Assembly: GCA_035084275.1 (NCBI GenBank)
Contig: CM068744.1
Coordinates: 13,640,001 to 13,704,000, forward strand
Direction: 5' to 3'
From: Hydrolagus colliei
Lineage: Eukaryota
Length of the DNA: 64,000 bases
Shown: positions 25,216 through 38,625 of the stretch, piece by piece
Numbering within the stretch: the stretch's first letter is position 1
Layout: each line of letters begins with the position of its first letter
Position numbers and translations under genes: made by a program
The notes under the pieces: model-generated
What the model saw: only the letters and a program-made list of their open reading frames with translations
Told to the model about the DNA's origin: nothing
Databases searched by the model: none

Positions 25216-28200
25216 TTGCCGGAGACGGGCAATCCGCCAGAGGTGGAAAAAGGTGAAACAAATTGTTCACTTAAATTTACAACTGCCATGTTTCGCCCCC
25301 AAAATATATAGTCAATTCACTTTACAGTATAATCTATGAAGCACATTTTGAAGATGTAATAAGGGGCTTTATCAAATGAAAGGATTATTATTATTATTAT
25401 CACAGTTGTTAATGTGGAGGGAGAGGAGAAGAGAGAGAGAGACCTTGGACAAGGGCGTTTTTATTCTACCATAGAAATCCCACGAGAATCATTCCCATCA
25501 ACTGCATCTAAGAAAAACTATGCTGTTGAATCCATGAAACCTAATGTTGTATGAGACAATCGTGTATTTTATGTTCCACAATACTTTATGCTAGACTGTG
25601 CATTTTGTTGGATTCACCCCAAGAGATTTGTGAATTTCTCACAAAGTACTATGTCTATCAATGTGTGTGGTCCAGGTTCTTTCCTTTGAGGCACATTAAA
25701 ATAAATAAAGCCAAATTAAATTGGTTGTTCACTCCATGGCGGTTCGTGGGACTTTGCTGCATGCAATTGACTGCTGCATTTCACCCACAAACTGCAGTTA
25801 ATCCACTTTACAGTATATCCTGGGAAGCACTTTGAGATGTCACAACAATGTGATAAGGTGTTGTGTCAAAAGCAGGGATTGTTATTATCTTATTATTATT
25901 CATACGGGTTGTGCTGGTAGCGCGGTGTCAATACCCAAATGTTACAGTAGTAAGACCATGATAGGTTTGAGTCATCAGGGCTTCAATCTCCCTAAACAGA
26001 TTTGTAATAATCAAATCACTGAGTCTAGGTATATCATCCTGGCTGTGGTGTTGTGAGATTTTAAAAATGTTATGGATTTCCTCTAGGATATCAATGTAAC
26101 CGAGAAATCGGGGGGTGGGGGTGGGGGTGGATGGGGTTTGTAAACCACAAGAATAATTCCATTAGATATGGTTGAAGTCTTTCCTCAGATCTGTTGGCTA
26201 AGGCTGAAGAGTTGCTTGCTGATCAAACCCTGTGTAGCCAGAGCCACGGTTAAAACATTGTGCTTTAACAACAACGACAACACCAACTTGCATTAAAAAA
26301 GCAATCTTTACGCAGGATAGTAACTCAGAGTGCACATGATGCTCCATCATCAGGAGATCCATAAGATATGCAAGGCAACTTCAAACATGAATCCAAGAGA
26401 GAAGGAAATAGAGGGGTATTGAGGATTTTTTGGTGGATGTTCATGTGGAATATAAACACCAGCATGGACTAGTTGGGCCGGGTAGCCTGGTTCGATATTG
26501 TAGATTCTATGTAATTTGATGAACAAAGTAATGTCTGAAGTCGCCAAGAATCACAGTGTAAAAACAGAACTAGAAAGTGAATCGCTGTACTGGCCACCCT
26601 GTTACATCCTCATTACCAAAATAAATTTGGCCATTCAATTCTCAGTTGTTTGTGGGACATTCCTGTTTGCAAATTAGCTGCCACATTCACCTACAAAATA
26701 CTGTACATGGTTGCTACACTTTACAACATGTCATGTGAAGCATTTTGATATGTCCTTCTACCATGAAAGATTCCATATCAAATGTAAGTGAATTCACTCT
26801 ACAGTACAGTGTATTCTATGAAGTGTTTTGAGATGTCTAGAAGACGTGATAAAAAGCGTTATATCAAATACAAGGATCATTATTAATATTATTAAAGATT
26901 ATTGTTGAACCTGGGTCTTGCAGCCCCCCACCACAACCTCCCTCTCCATCCCTAATGAATATCTCACAGCAGTATCCTGTTATTTTGCATGGTCCACAAA
27001 TCCCCAGGCTCTGTAAAGTCAGACAGCTGATACAGCTGGCTGGTGATGGCACTGTTGATTTTAGCTTATGGGCACATTCAAAGCAGATAAATGGTTTGTG
27101 TTCCCTTGAGGATTCAAGCTTCCAACAGTACCAAACATGAAAAGAAAAGAACGTTTATTGAGGTTGAAATTACTGTATTGTAAAGCCTGTTTATCCCCCT
27201 ATCACGTCTACGGAACAGATTAAAGATGATATCCACTTGTTTGCAAAGGATCTCAGGTAAACCAAAGACCTATAAAGAATAGAATTAAAAACCAGGATGA
27301 TGAAAATTTTAGATCTACCAATTCCAAAATGTCAAAGAAAATAGCCTGAAGTAATACAGGTGTTTAATATATCTTTGGTAATTAGAATGACATTGTGCAA
27401 GCAAAAGTTCAGTATTGAAAATTGCAGAGAAGAAGAATGAACAAGAAACTGATAGTTTCTATTGAACGATTCCCTGAGATATTCAAGTATGGGAAAAAAT
27501 TCAATCTTCATGAATACTTTCATTTCTTTTGATGTTTATCGCTTAATCTTTAGGTTTACTGAATTGGGAATGGAATATTTTCTAACCAACGCTGCTTTTA
27601 TGTTGTAGTTTCAGAGACTGGAAATGCATTGCTAAACTGGAAGCACTGGCACATTGTGAATCGCTGTCATTTTTACATTGACTCCGCATGTCCAGAGAGT
27701 ACTTTTACGCTGGCATGATGTGCTCTGGTTATTATTAACAACCCCCGGCTAGGAATTTGCACAACTTAGGTTTGCTGCAGAATTCCTTTGAAATATTAAT
27801 AGCCTAAAACTCGTCATTACTGTTGTCCTGCACAAGCCCTTCACTGCAAATCACATAAGTAAATGTGATGAGGTCAGATTCTCTGATTACCAAAATCTAT
27901 TGCAAGTTTATTGTTGTGATCTTCACTACAAGAATATCAGTAACTGAGGATGAAACATGCTACTGAACGTCAGGCAACTTTGCTTCCCAGCCTTTTCCGG
28001 ATTCCATCACCCATTATTTTTGTAGCAGAGATCACAAACATTTCCCACCAACAACTTTCCTTGTAGCTTTTCTGAGTGAGGATAGCTAGTTATCATTATT
28101 AATAAAAAATAATAATTCTTGCATTTGATATGGCTCATTTCACATCAGGAGGACTCTTAAAGCATTTCACAATACTGTAAACAACAACAACAAAATTACA

Positions 28201-28309
28201 CTTGTATAGCGCCTTTCATGTCAGGAGGACGTCCCAAGGCGCTGGACAGTTACTGCTTCAGACCCGAGGGTAAGGACAGTGTATTTTGTAAATTTGTCCA
28301 ACAATAATA

Positions 28310-28609
28310 ATATTAATAATAATCCTTGCATTTGATATAGTGCCTTATCATGTCTTCTAGACATCTCAACGTGCTTCACACAATATACTGTAAAGTGAAG
28401 TGACTGTATATTTTTTAGCTAAATGCGGCAGCACACAGCAGTGTCCCACAAATAGTCGTGGAATTAAATAACCAATTTATTTTATTTATTTTGAGGGATT
28501 ATTATCAGGCGTATGGAGTAAAGAACCCTGCCCAAAGTTTCACCCAGCCTGGAATCAAACCCAGGTCTCTTGAAAGGTGAGTGCTCTAACCAATGAGCTA
28601 CAGGACTCC
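28310..28609 (-). mobile_element. tRNA-derived Deu-domain SINE, full length
   Basis: Minus-strand head GGAGTCCTGTAGCTCATTGGTTAGAGC (A box), B-box-like GGTTTGATTCC, TGTGGGACACTGCTGTG core, L2-type tail and (TTA)n. Confidence 0.9.
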
Positions 28610-28840
28610 ACAACAACTTGCTTTTATACAGCACCCTTCATGCCAAATAGAGCCCCGGGAGGGCTTAACAGTGGTGGAGTCTGACCTGATCCAGGAGGAG
28701 AGGTAGAGGGGAGGTGATTATAAACATGATCAAAAAGGAAGGTCTTTAAGTGGGATTTGAAAGTGGGAAGGGAGAGAGTAACGTTGAGGGATTGGGGGAG
28801 AAAGTTCTTGAGCCTCGGGATATAGTGACTGAAAGCACGG
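28610..28840 (-). mobile_element. L2 3' fragment
   Basis: AACAACTTGC..ATACAGCACCCTTCA tail followed by the purine-rich antisense ORF2 end. Confidence 0.7.
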
Positions 28841-28924
28841 CCTAGAAATAATCACTGCTTTTCAGTATATCCTGTGAAGCACTTTGAGATGACCTCCGAA
28901 TGTGAAAGGCGCTATATAGCAAAT

Positions 28925-29272
28925 CAAAGGATTATTATAATTTTTTACAGGTTAATATGGCAGTAAATATGCAAACAGCAATCAATGTCCTGCAATCAGA
29001 CATGAAGTAAAATAATCAATTGTATCTGGGAGATTGTTGGCCATTACACCAAGAAAAACCTCCTCCTCTTTTCAAAATAGAATCATATAAATTTTAATGT
29101 TCACCTAAACCGGTAGCGGGACCTAACTTTAACGTCTCATCTGAAGGCTGGCAACTTTGATAGTGCCCAGCACTGAACTGGAACATTGTACTGACCTGTG
29201 AGTTCAAGTCCTGACATGGGCCTTGAATCCATAACTGCCCGACTCAAAGATAACAGTGCTACCAACTGAGCC
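28925..29272 (-). mobile_element. Older DeuSINE; further copies near 6500-6780, 12365-12790, 51110-51390 and 52440-52750 (all -) and 51465-51650 (+)
   Basis: Antisense core TTTAACGTCTCATCTGAAGG and head GTGCTACCAACTGAGCCA. Confidence 0.7.
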
Positions 29273-29699
29273 AGACCGATACCGTTAAATTGCAGTTAGT
29301 GCTGGTGTTGAGATATATATCCTCTGGAACTGTCTATCCCTTGTGTCTGGATTGGATTGGATGCAGTTGGACTGTGGGTGTAAAAAGACAGCGTTCTAAG
29401 TATCCGATTCACTCCCTCCTTGCACTCTCAATGAAGACATTTTCACTCAGTTTTATTTCCAGATATTTTGAATTAGAGAAAGTGAAGATACATATTATAT
29501 TATGAATGAAAAGAGGATTGATTTTACTGATCAAAACTATCAGTGCCTGGGTATTTCCTTCTAACGCGGAAGACTCTCTATATATTTAGCTATATATTAT
29601 ACAACTATATATTATACAGTAAAATTATAAACTGTAGTATGTGGTACAACCACTAATCACCTAATCAAGGGTCCTTGCTAAAAATGAACACTCTATATT

Positions 29700-30003
29700 C
29701 TTCTGAACCTGCCTGCCGCCTCCATTCAGCGAGCTCCGATCTGCTCCATATCCCCCGCCCGACCTGCCCTACCATTGGCGGACCGGCATTCAGCCTCTCT
29801 GCCCCCACACTCTGGAACTCCATCCCACAGTCCCTTCACCTCGCTTCCTCCCTCGCCTCCTTCAAGGCTGATCTCGAGACCCTCCTCTTCGATCTTGCCT
29901 TCTGCTGCCCTCCTAACTCGCGACCCGACTTGCCTGGTGAGCACTTTGGGACGTCCGGATGTGAAAGGCACTCTATAAATGTAATTTTGTTGTTGTTGTT
30001 GTG
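29700..30003 (+). mobile_element. L2 3' fragment
   Basis: IGGPAFSLSAPTLWNSIP..FKADLETLLF, tail stem-loop and (TTG)n. Confidence 0.88.
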
Positions 30004-30674
30004 AAGGTCACATACTATGGTCAAGTTCATTTCCTCGTTGCTACTTTTCAGAACTGAAAAAGCTTGGGCACTGCACTTTGGATTGATTCCTGCTTTGTGC
30101 AGATCATTTGTGAGTGCTGAAACAAACTTGCCAAGCTTATTCAGAGGATAACAGGCAGATCTGTCTCCCACAGTGGAGTAGCCTGTCAACAATCATTGAA
30201 TACCCACACACAAATAATGACTACTTGGGCAAGGTGATGGAGTGCCATGGGTGCCTGTGGATTCATATTACCAAAATTATGGTTTTCCATTGTTGCTAAA
30301 AAGAATAGGCTTCCAAGTCAAAACTGAATTGAAGATGTTTCTAGCATTCTGCACAATCTTATATTTAAACGCAAGATTGTCTTGTAGGCTAAGAAAAGGT
30401 GGACTTTCAAGCCTCCGAAAAGGAGAAAAGTTGCAGAGAAAAATCAAGAGGTGAGAAAGAGGGAGGTGAGAAATTTTCAGGTGGTATATTGACCTAAAAA
30501 AATTAATTCAACAGCGACTTTTGTTCCATCCCCTCCCGCCGCCCTTATCCTTTGTTTTCGAACTTGTCGGGGGAGCGATAGAGATACCTATCAAATACAA
30601 CAACAACAACAACAAAATTGCACTTATATAGTGCCTTTCACATCAGGAGGACGTCCCAAAGATAGATAATAGAT

Positions 30675-30840
30675 AACAATAATAATCCTTGTATTGATAC
30701 AGCATTTCTCACATCCCCTTAGACGTCTCAAAACGCTTCACGGAATATACTGTTAAATGAATTGACTGTATATTTGTGGGCAAAATGCAGCAGCCAATTG
30801 CGCACAGTGGTGTCCCACAAACAGTCGTGGATTGAGAACA
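30675..30840 (-). mobile_element. SINE 3' half
   Basis: Same core and tail as the other copies. Confidence 0.85.
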
Positions 30841-30992
30841 CATTTGGAATGTACATGAGGGGATAAAATGTGTGGTATGTGCTGTGAAAATTGTTCCTGA
30901 GAACAATTCTCTCATCACATAGCACATTTTACACCCAAGGTACATTTCATGGGTTCTCAACCATGTGAGGCTTTTGGATCCTGGTGCAGTAG

Positions 30993-31361
30993 GAGGCCCA
31001 TAGCTTTAGTGGTTAGAGTACTCAACTCACAAGCAAGAGGACCCGGGTTTGATTCCAGATCAGGGCAAAACCGTAGCTAAGTTTCCTTACTCCACATGCC
31101 TGTTTACCTGGCGGTAAGTAGGAACCTTGTTGTTAGTTGATTGGCAGATTGCAGAAGGTAATACTGTAATCAAAAAAATTTAAATAATGATTTGGTCAGT
31201 CTATGCACAACTGTTTGTGAACACTCCTGTGCGCAATGGGCTACTGCGTTTCACCCATAAACTATGCAGTCAATTCACTTTACAGTATATTCTGTGAAGT
31301 GCTTTGGGACATCTTAATGAAGTGATATTGCTCTATGTCAAATTCAATTATTATTATTATT
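30993..31361 (+). mobile_element. tRNA-derived SINE, long variant
   Basis: A/B boxes, an extra CCTGTTTACC..GTAGGAACC..GATTGGCAGATTGC segment (also at 24525-24585 and 32950-33010), and tail. Confidence 0.85.
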
Positions 31362-32754
31362 ACAGATTTTACCTCATCCTTTTTTTCCCTCAGGGAAAGG
31401 TCTGTTGCATTAAAACATGGAGAACTCTTTAAGGTAGTGGTTGATGTTCTTTGACTGGTGTCACTCATTTGGTTAAAAATTCAGTCGTGTTTCTACACCT
31501 CACTTGGGATTCTTTTAAAACTCTTCACTTATCTGCTGTTCAGTTCCAGAACAAATCACGTTTATACTATGCAGCACTATAATCAGATACTAACTACCAG
31601 TTACCATACAATTGCTCTGTATGTGAGGGAGTATCTTATTCATCTCAATGCCAAACTCGTAGTCTAAACCTTTAATTTAAATTCTGCAACAGAATGTTCC
31701 CAACTTATCATGCTATTCCAGTAAGTCCCTGCTTTCCTGTTGTTTTACTTCATCTTTCATTGATTTAAATCCTACTGTAACATTTATTTTTAATGAAAGA
31801 GAAAGACTGCTTTGCAGCAGTGAAACAATGGACCATAGACTTTTGAATCATGTCTTGTCATACTCTGCACACACGCCAAGGCAACATGGCCAGAGGGCAC
31901 AGATTCAACACTCAGATGGACAATTTCAGGGCAGCCTCCAAGAAGTATATTTTTTTTACATGCAAAAGGTATTTAATCCTCCTGATGTGAACAGTGCTGA
32001 TTATTATTTGATTATTACACTGCAAGGATCAGTTTAATGGTCTTAGTCATCCAACCCACTCTTGTGATCTTGTGGTATGTGCTGGCAGGATTTTTGTGTT
32101 ACTTTGGAAAATCTCACATGTAGGTTTTGTAGTACAGTGAATTTGTCCTATGTGATAATTAGTAATGGCAGCAGCTTTATCATAGTAAGAATTGTTATAT
32201 CAGACAATACAAAAGTCAAAGTTTTCACTCCGCAGAGTGAGAGATTTCCTAAGCAGCAATGCTTGAGAGTTGATCAATCAACCCGGTATAACTACATCCA
32301 AGGGAGAGGAAGGAAATTGCTCTTCCATTTGCCGTAGAAATCTACAACACAGTAGGAGGCCATTCAACCCACTGCATTTGTGTTGATTTCTGTGGTTTTG
32401 AGTGTGAGTGCCAATGATCCAAGATGACATATTTTGCCAACAGTCTCAAAACATTTACAATGGATTATGTTTCTCAATTAAGTTGATTGACTGTATGAAG
32501 AAAATGATAAATGTCTGTGTACAAAAGAGCGAGAACAGGTGCAAATTATTGGAAAAAAATCTGACTTACTCAGCTAAAAAAAATGACTGGGCCTATTGCA
32601 ATGGTGAACTCGGGAAGACATCAGAATAAGCAGAAAGGGAACAGTGAAAGTCACAATAATAATGTTTTCAAATATTAAAGCAACACAATTCATCTTTGCT
32701 GTTGTCCAATAGAAGCCCTTCAGCAGTTGTGAAAATAGTAATAAAATAGTAATA

Positions 32755-33089
32755 AAAGTCTTTACATTTGGTATAGTGCATCATGTCTTCGAGACATTTC
32801 AAAGTACATTACTATAAAGTGAATTGACTGTATAGTTTGTGGGTGAAATATGGCAGCCAGTTGTGCACACAGCAGTGTCCCACAAACAGTTGTGGATTGA
32901 GTGACCAAATTATTATTTTAATTTAGTTTTTGAAGGAATTATTACCACTGGAATAGCAATCTGCAAATCGAAAAACAAGTGGATTCATATTTACTTTGGT
33001 AGATATAGGCGTGTGGAGTAAGGAAACTTGGCCTAGCATTTCACCCTGCTTGTGAGGTGAATGCTCTAACCAATACCCACCAGGACTCC
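32755..33089 (-). mobile_element. tRNA-derived SINE, long variant
   Basis: Head ends ..CAGGACTCC at 33089. Core and tail present. Confidence 0.85.
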
Positions 33090-33239
33090 CTTTAATCTTC
33101 TTATTTATAATAATGAATAATAATAATAATAATAGTAGGAGATCTCAAAATCAAAAACTCTTTCTACGCATGATGGTACTTTATACCAAGCTCTCTGAAG
33201 ACTCTGGAACATCTCTTGTCAGTGGTGTTTAATGTCCTG

Positions 33240-33550
33240 TAGTCCTTGTAGCTCAGTGGTTAGAGCAATCGCCTTGCAAGCGATAGACCTCGGTTTGATT
33301 CCAGGCAGGGAGAAACCTTGGGCAAGTTTCCGTACTCCACACGTCTGACAATGATTCCTCAAAAAAAACAATAATAAATTGGTCATCACAATACATGAAT
33401 GCTTGTGGAACATTGCTGTGTGCAATTAGCTGCTGCAGTTTGCCTACAAAATATACAGCCAATTCATTTTACAGTATATTCTGTGAAGCGCTTTGAGTTG
33501 TTTAGAAGACATGACAAGCGCTATATCAAATGCAAGAATTATTATTATAA
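33240..33550 (+). mobile_element. tRNA-derived SINE, full length
   Basis: TGTAGCTCAGTGGTTAGAGC, GGTTTGATTCC, core, and tail AGCGCTATATCAAATGCAAG(AT)TATTA. Confidence 0.9.
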
Positions 33551-36500
33551 TACTTCCATTGGTCTTTGGAAAATGACATTTGAACAACAACAACAATATT
33601 GAACCTTTCACTTCAGGTGAGTACGTCTCTAATCAGTGTTTCACAGGATTTGCCTTGAATGTTAGTGACTTTGTATGTTGTAGGCAAACAGAACATCCAA
33701 CAGGCTCACTATAATGTTCGACAAGCAGCCATGAAGTGGGTGACCAATCTTATCTGATGAATTGTTGCAGGACATTGGTAGGAGCTCCTTGTAGTTTTGT
33801 GAACCAAGGTAGCGTTAATTCCTTTGAGCCCATTTTCTTCTAACTCACAACAGTGTCTAATATGTAAAAAAAAATGAGTGGCTGAGAAGTGGCTGTTTGA
33901 AGCAACTGCCAGGTGCCTTGCTTGTTACATTTCAGTCTATAGTCATTACAAAGGAATGTAGAGCATCTGAGAACAAAATTACAGGCTTTGCATTAAGAGA
34001 AGCAGTGGCAGCAGAGAGCAGGAAAAATGTGATGTGGTTATCTCAGACTGTTAGGATTTGAAATTGAGCAAGGTCATTCTCATGTTCTGTCGTATCTTCT
34101 GTCTCTTCATATCAACCTTCTGTCTTGTTTTGAATGACCTTATGCAGACGACTCTATATGACAGATAAAGAGCTGCACATCACGCAGAGTAGGGCATCAA
34201 AATACAAAAAATTGTTCCAGAAAAATAAATATTTTAATCTTAAAAGTGAACCACTTTTCTTCCCAGGAAAAAAAATGGGAACAAAAATAAGCTTTTAATT
34301 TTTGTTTCTTATGAAACTTCAAGGCTCTTTCAGAGAAGATATCAATTCTGCCCTTTTTTTTTACCGGTGCTTGTGCTGCTTTTAATTTACTCATTGTGAA
34401 TTGTTATTCTATCGTCTGACTACTCCTCCACATCCACAATAAATTGTGTGAACTAGAGGAACAGGCCAAAGTAGCTGGCATGCATTGGTCATCTTTGACA
34501 ACTAGCAGTGCATCTGAGTGTGTGTGCGCTGGGGGGGATGGGGGCGCGGAGGTCGGGGGGTTGTGTGGATACGTGGGTTGAGTGAGTGCGTGTGGAGGGG
34601 ATACACTTCAGACATTCGGTCTCTGGGCTGGATTTCAACCATGTGGGCTGGCATCATGCTGAGAATATTGAGCTGTGTTAGTAGTGAAGCCGTGGGAGTA
34701 GACCTTCAAGAGGGCACGGTCCTGTTGCAAGACTCTCCTTTCTTTCCCTCTTACTTGTTTTGTATCAGACAATGGTTTGAAAAGGCCTCTACCAATTGCT
34801 GGAGGTAAATGAACTTGTGTCGCTGACATCTATAAGGGGTTCAGATTTCTGCAGCGAAAGATAGATGCCAGTGATTTAGGGAATTATTACATCCAAGCAA
34901 TGAACTAAATCTCTTTCACTCAAAACAAAACAAAACAAAACAAAAAAGAGGCCACTAAATCCCTTTTGCGTTCCATGTATCATAAGAATCATAAACAAAT
35001 CTGCATATGGTGACAGAAAGTTTAATAAGAACCAGGCATTTTTTTCTGGAAGCTTTAATTGTAACAATTAAGTATTAGATTTCAAAGAAAGTACATTACA
35101 CACAATATGTAATTATTAAACCCAGACTAGATTCACCAAAAACTACGTTTTTTAAAAAAAGATGAATTTTAGTTTAGACGGATTGCAATTAATGAAAATA
35201 TAGGGTATATGCATAAAGTAATGGTAACAACATACTTAGATTCATGGAACAAAAATAATTATGGTGGAACATAAAAGCAACAGCCCTTTTCAAGAAATTG
35301 GGTCCTTTTTTTTTACAGAAAGCACCAGTATAGTTAAGATGTGATACTGCCAACAGTTGTGAGAAGAAGTCATGCAAATATGTCTCCATCAATCTCTCCG
35401 TATTCAAAGCCTTTCTTTGTGTGACTGTTAAACGAGAAGCTAATTTTACTGTGCTTTTCTATTCCTTCCTGGTAAAATTCTCATCTTTCTCAGTGCTCTG
35501 TTTAGGATTTCATGAACTTCAGGCGGGTCCTTTTGAGGTAGTCAGTGTTCTTCCACCATACAGAGCATCATGCTTCACCTGCCCCAGCCCTAACCTCGCT
35601 CCATTCACACACAAGAAAAGGAACAGAAACCTCTGGTGTTTGACAGGGACTTGACACAATGGGCTGACATGGGAGTGCAAGTGATGCCTATTTGTTGGCC
35701 ACAATTTCCACGGCATCAGCACTGACACACAGCCCTCAGCAAATAGCATGCTGTGGCATCGAGAACAAGCAGCTGGGAAGATTCCAGAGAACAATATCAA
35801 TTACTGGCTCTCCTAGCAACACACAAGAGGATGTGAGGTTTATTTATTTGTTGTCTGAAAAATGCCGAGAACCGTCAAAGCAGTCCAGCCAAAAATGCTT
35901 CAGAAACAAAGTCAGACATAACAAGTGATAGGTGCACAGAATAGTGTCACCACAATGTAATACACAGTGAAATTTAATCATTCGGAAAATAAAGTTATCA
36001 GTAACTATTTTATTTGCATGGCCTGAGCATTTTACCAGCCCCCTTTATATGTTATAATTTGCAGACTGGTATCTGAGAGTTATGTGTGTTAATGTTCTCT
36101 TTCTACAGTTTTAGATCTATTTTAGGCTATGCGTGCTCAAAGCTGAGGCTCCCAGAAGCAACTCACGAAATCGTCTTTGCAGTGTTTCTGAGTCAGACAT
36201 GGTCATAGAATTCTAGATATTAGAGCATAGGAGGGAATTCAATACATCAAACCCGTACTGGTACAAATTATTCTTCCAACTCTACACCATACGTCCTGAT
36301 CCTAATTTCCTGCTCTTTGAATCACAGGTTGTCACAGTCTACATGAGTTTTCAAGAATGATAGCCAGTGAGATATGCAGGTGCCTCATTCAAGTTGGCAA
36401 AATTATTGCTAGAAGTGGTCTGATCTCGTGAGCCAGTCAGTCTGCACAGTTAGTTGTGCTCAGGAAAATGTCTTACAGCAGAAAGATTATTGGTGATATG

Positions 36501-38329
36501 ATCAAGTGGTTCAACTATAAAGGATGAGTTCGATGAGTTCTGCTTATAGTGACTCTAAGATACAGAGAACTGGGAACAAACAAATTTATTTTACAGAAGG
36601 TAAATCATATTGCACCAGACTTTTGGTCTGGAAATTTGGGGACTGATCAAGTGTACTTGATCCTTCATTCTTGCAAAAGATCCTTAAGAAGAGATAGAGC
36701 CTGGGTGGGATGAAGCTGTGAATTGATCCATAAACTAGCCTTTTGGGTCGGGACTGGATCACTGGTGAGGTTTTCAGCTACAGGGCCAGAGAGAACAAAG
36801 GAAACTTGCGTTCCTGCTTCACGACCAGGTTGAGGCAATTGCGGAGACGGCATTGGGCTATTGAATGCAGTACCTGAGAGACTGTGAATACTGAAGCAGG
36901 GAAGGATCCCTGAGAGAGAGTGAATTATAAGAGGGAATGCAGATGTTTGAATCATAATCCCTACATACCCAAGAGAATGCTAGTGTTGCCTGTACATGTA
37001 GGGACACTGGAGACCCTTGGGGTCTCCTCTTCTTTTAATAAACCATGATTTGTGAACCAGACAGTATCTGTCTGACAGATTGAGCACTGATCATCTCCAT
37101 GTTCGATCCGTATGTATCTGAGTTAGACAGTCTGCAGTCGCGGTTACAATATTAATATTGCAATCATTGGAAGAAGAGCAAACCTCTAAAGCACTGGGTA
37201 CCGGGAATCATCATTTGAAGTGGATCTGACAGCATCCTTTAATGGCAAGTAATCCAACAGACAATCCTAACCCATTGTTAGCGGTTAATTCTTCAACAGG
37301 AGGTAACTCAGACTCCTCAATAATTATGATTCGACTGCTGAACTTTAAGAGATTATAGTGCTCTTTGGCCTCGACTGAATTTTCAATATTAAGATAGTAA
37401 TGAGAATATTAATAATAACGTGCCCAGGCATACATGGACACACCAAGAGATTATCACTATAAAACAGATTAATTTCAGTCTGTGGAGGTTGCTAGAAGAC
37501 AACACAGCAACCATAGAGGGATGCAGGCAACTGGGTCCATGGGTGGTGCCTGCCACCCCACTTACAGACCCACACACTCACAACCCCCCATTAACTATCT
37601 CTGGCCTGAACCTCGTGTTCCCCGGCCTGGTATACCCTCCCAGTCTCACTGTGAAAACGTGTTAACACCATCCCATCTCTTCATCATTGGTCAGTTTATA
37701 AAAGGCAAGTTTACCGACAGAACAAAAATGCTTTTTAATAGTTACAAAACTCTCACGCCTTCATCTTAGTGTGTATTTTATCTGGGTGGATCATCGCTGG
37801 TTGCACTAATGGAAGTGGAAGGTGGAGAAAGGTGTTTTGGGATAAGAGGTGAAGCCAAGATCATTTCAAAAGCATCCCAGTGTTGTGATGGGGTTGTAAT
37901 AGTGTAGGTGTTCTGGGGGGATGAGATTGGATAAGCCAAAGTTCTTTCTTTATCTGAACCAGTAATCTGGTGATCTCTTGATATTGAAGGCAAGGCATAT
38001 TATTATGAATAAGTACAAGTTATTAAAGGATGTGGAGAAAAGGTAGGAAAACTGGGACTTGGAATGGATTTCTCAAGAGCACTTCACATGATACACTATA
38101 CAGTACAGTATAATGATGTGACTGTGTTTTGAGGACAGAATGACTGAATGGGCTTAATGTGATGGGATGGCCACCTCCTGTTCCTACAACAAACAAACTG
38201 CGTTTACAAAGCACCTTTCATGTAGACTATCATCACAGAGGGCCTCACAGTGCGGGGAGGGACAGTGTACAAAAAGCCACAGGAGTTAGAGAAGCGACAT
38301 CCTTGATCCGGTTGTCGTATTGCTGGTGT

Positions 38330-38625
38330 TAATGTGACTCAGTTGTTAGAATTCTTACATCAAGCAAACGATTATGGATGCTGAACTTTGAGCGCAGAGT
38401 ATTGTATTATTGGAGGTGATGAGATGTTAAACCGAGGCCTTGTCTGCCTGTTCAGGTGGGCGTTAAAAATCCCATGGCAATGATCAAAAAGATAAAGGAG
38501 TTTCTCATGATATCCTAGTCAACAATCTCCCCCAAATAAAAAAAAGGTAATTCACTTCATATGGGATATTGCTGTGTGGAAATTGACTGCAGCATTCCTC
38601 ACCAAATACACAGTCACTATACTTT
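38330..38625 (+). mobile_element. Older DeuSINE (SacSINE1/AmnSINE1-like)
   Basis: GATGAGATGTTAAACCGAGGCCTTGTCTGCCTGTTCAGGTGGGCGTTAAAAATCCCATGGCA is a Deu-domain-type core, recalled from the DeuSINE superfamily. Confidence 0.75.
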
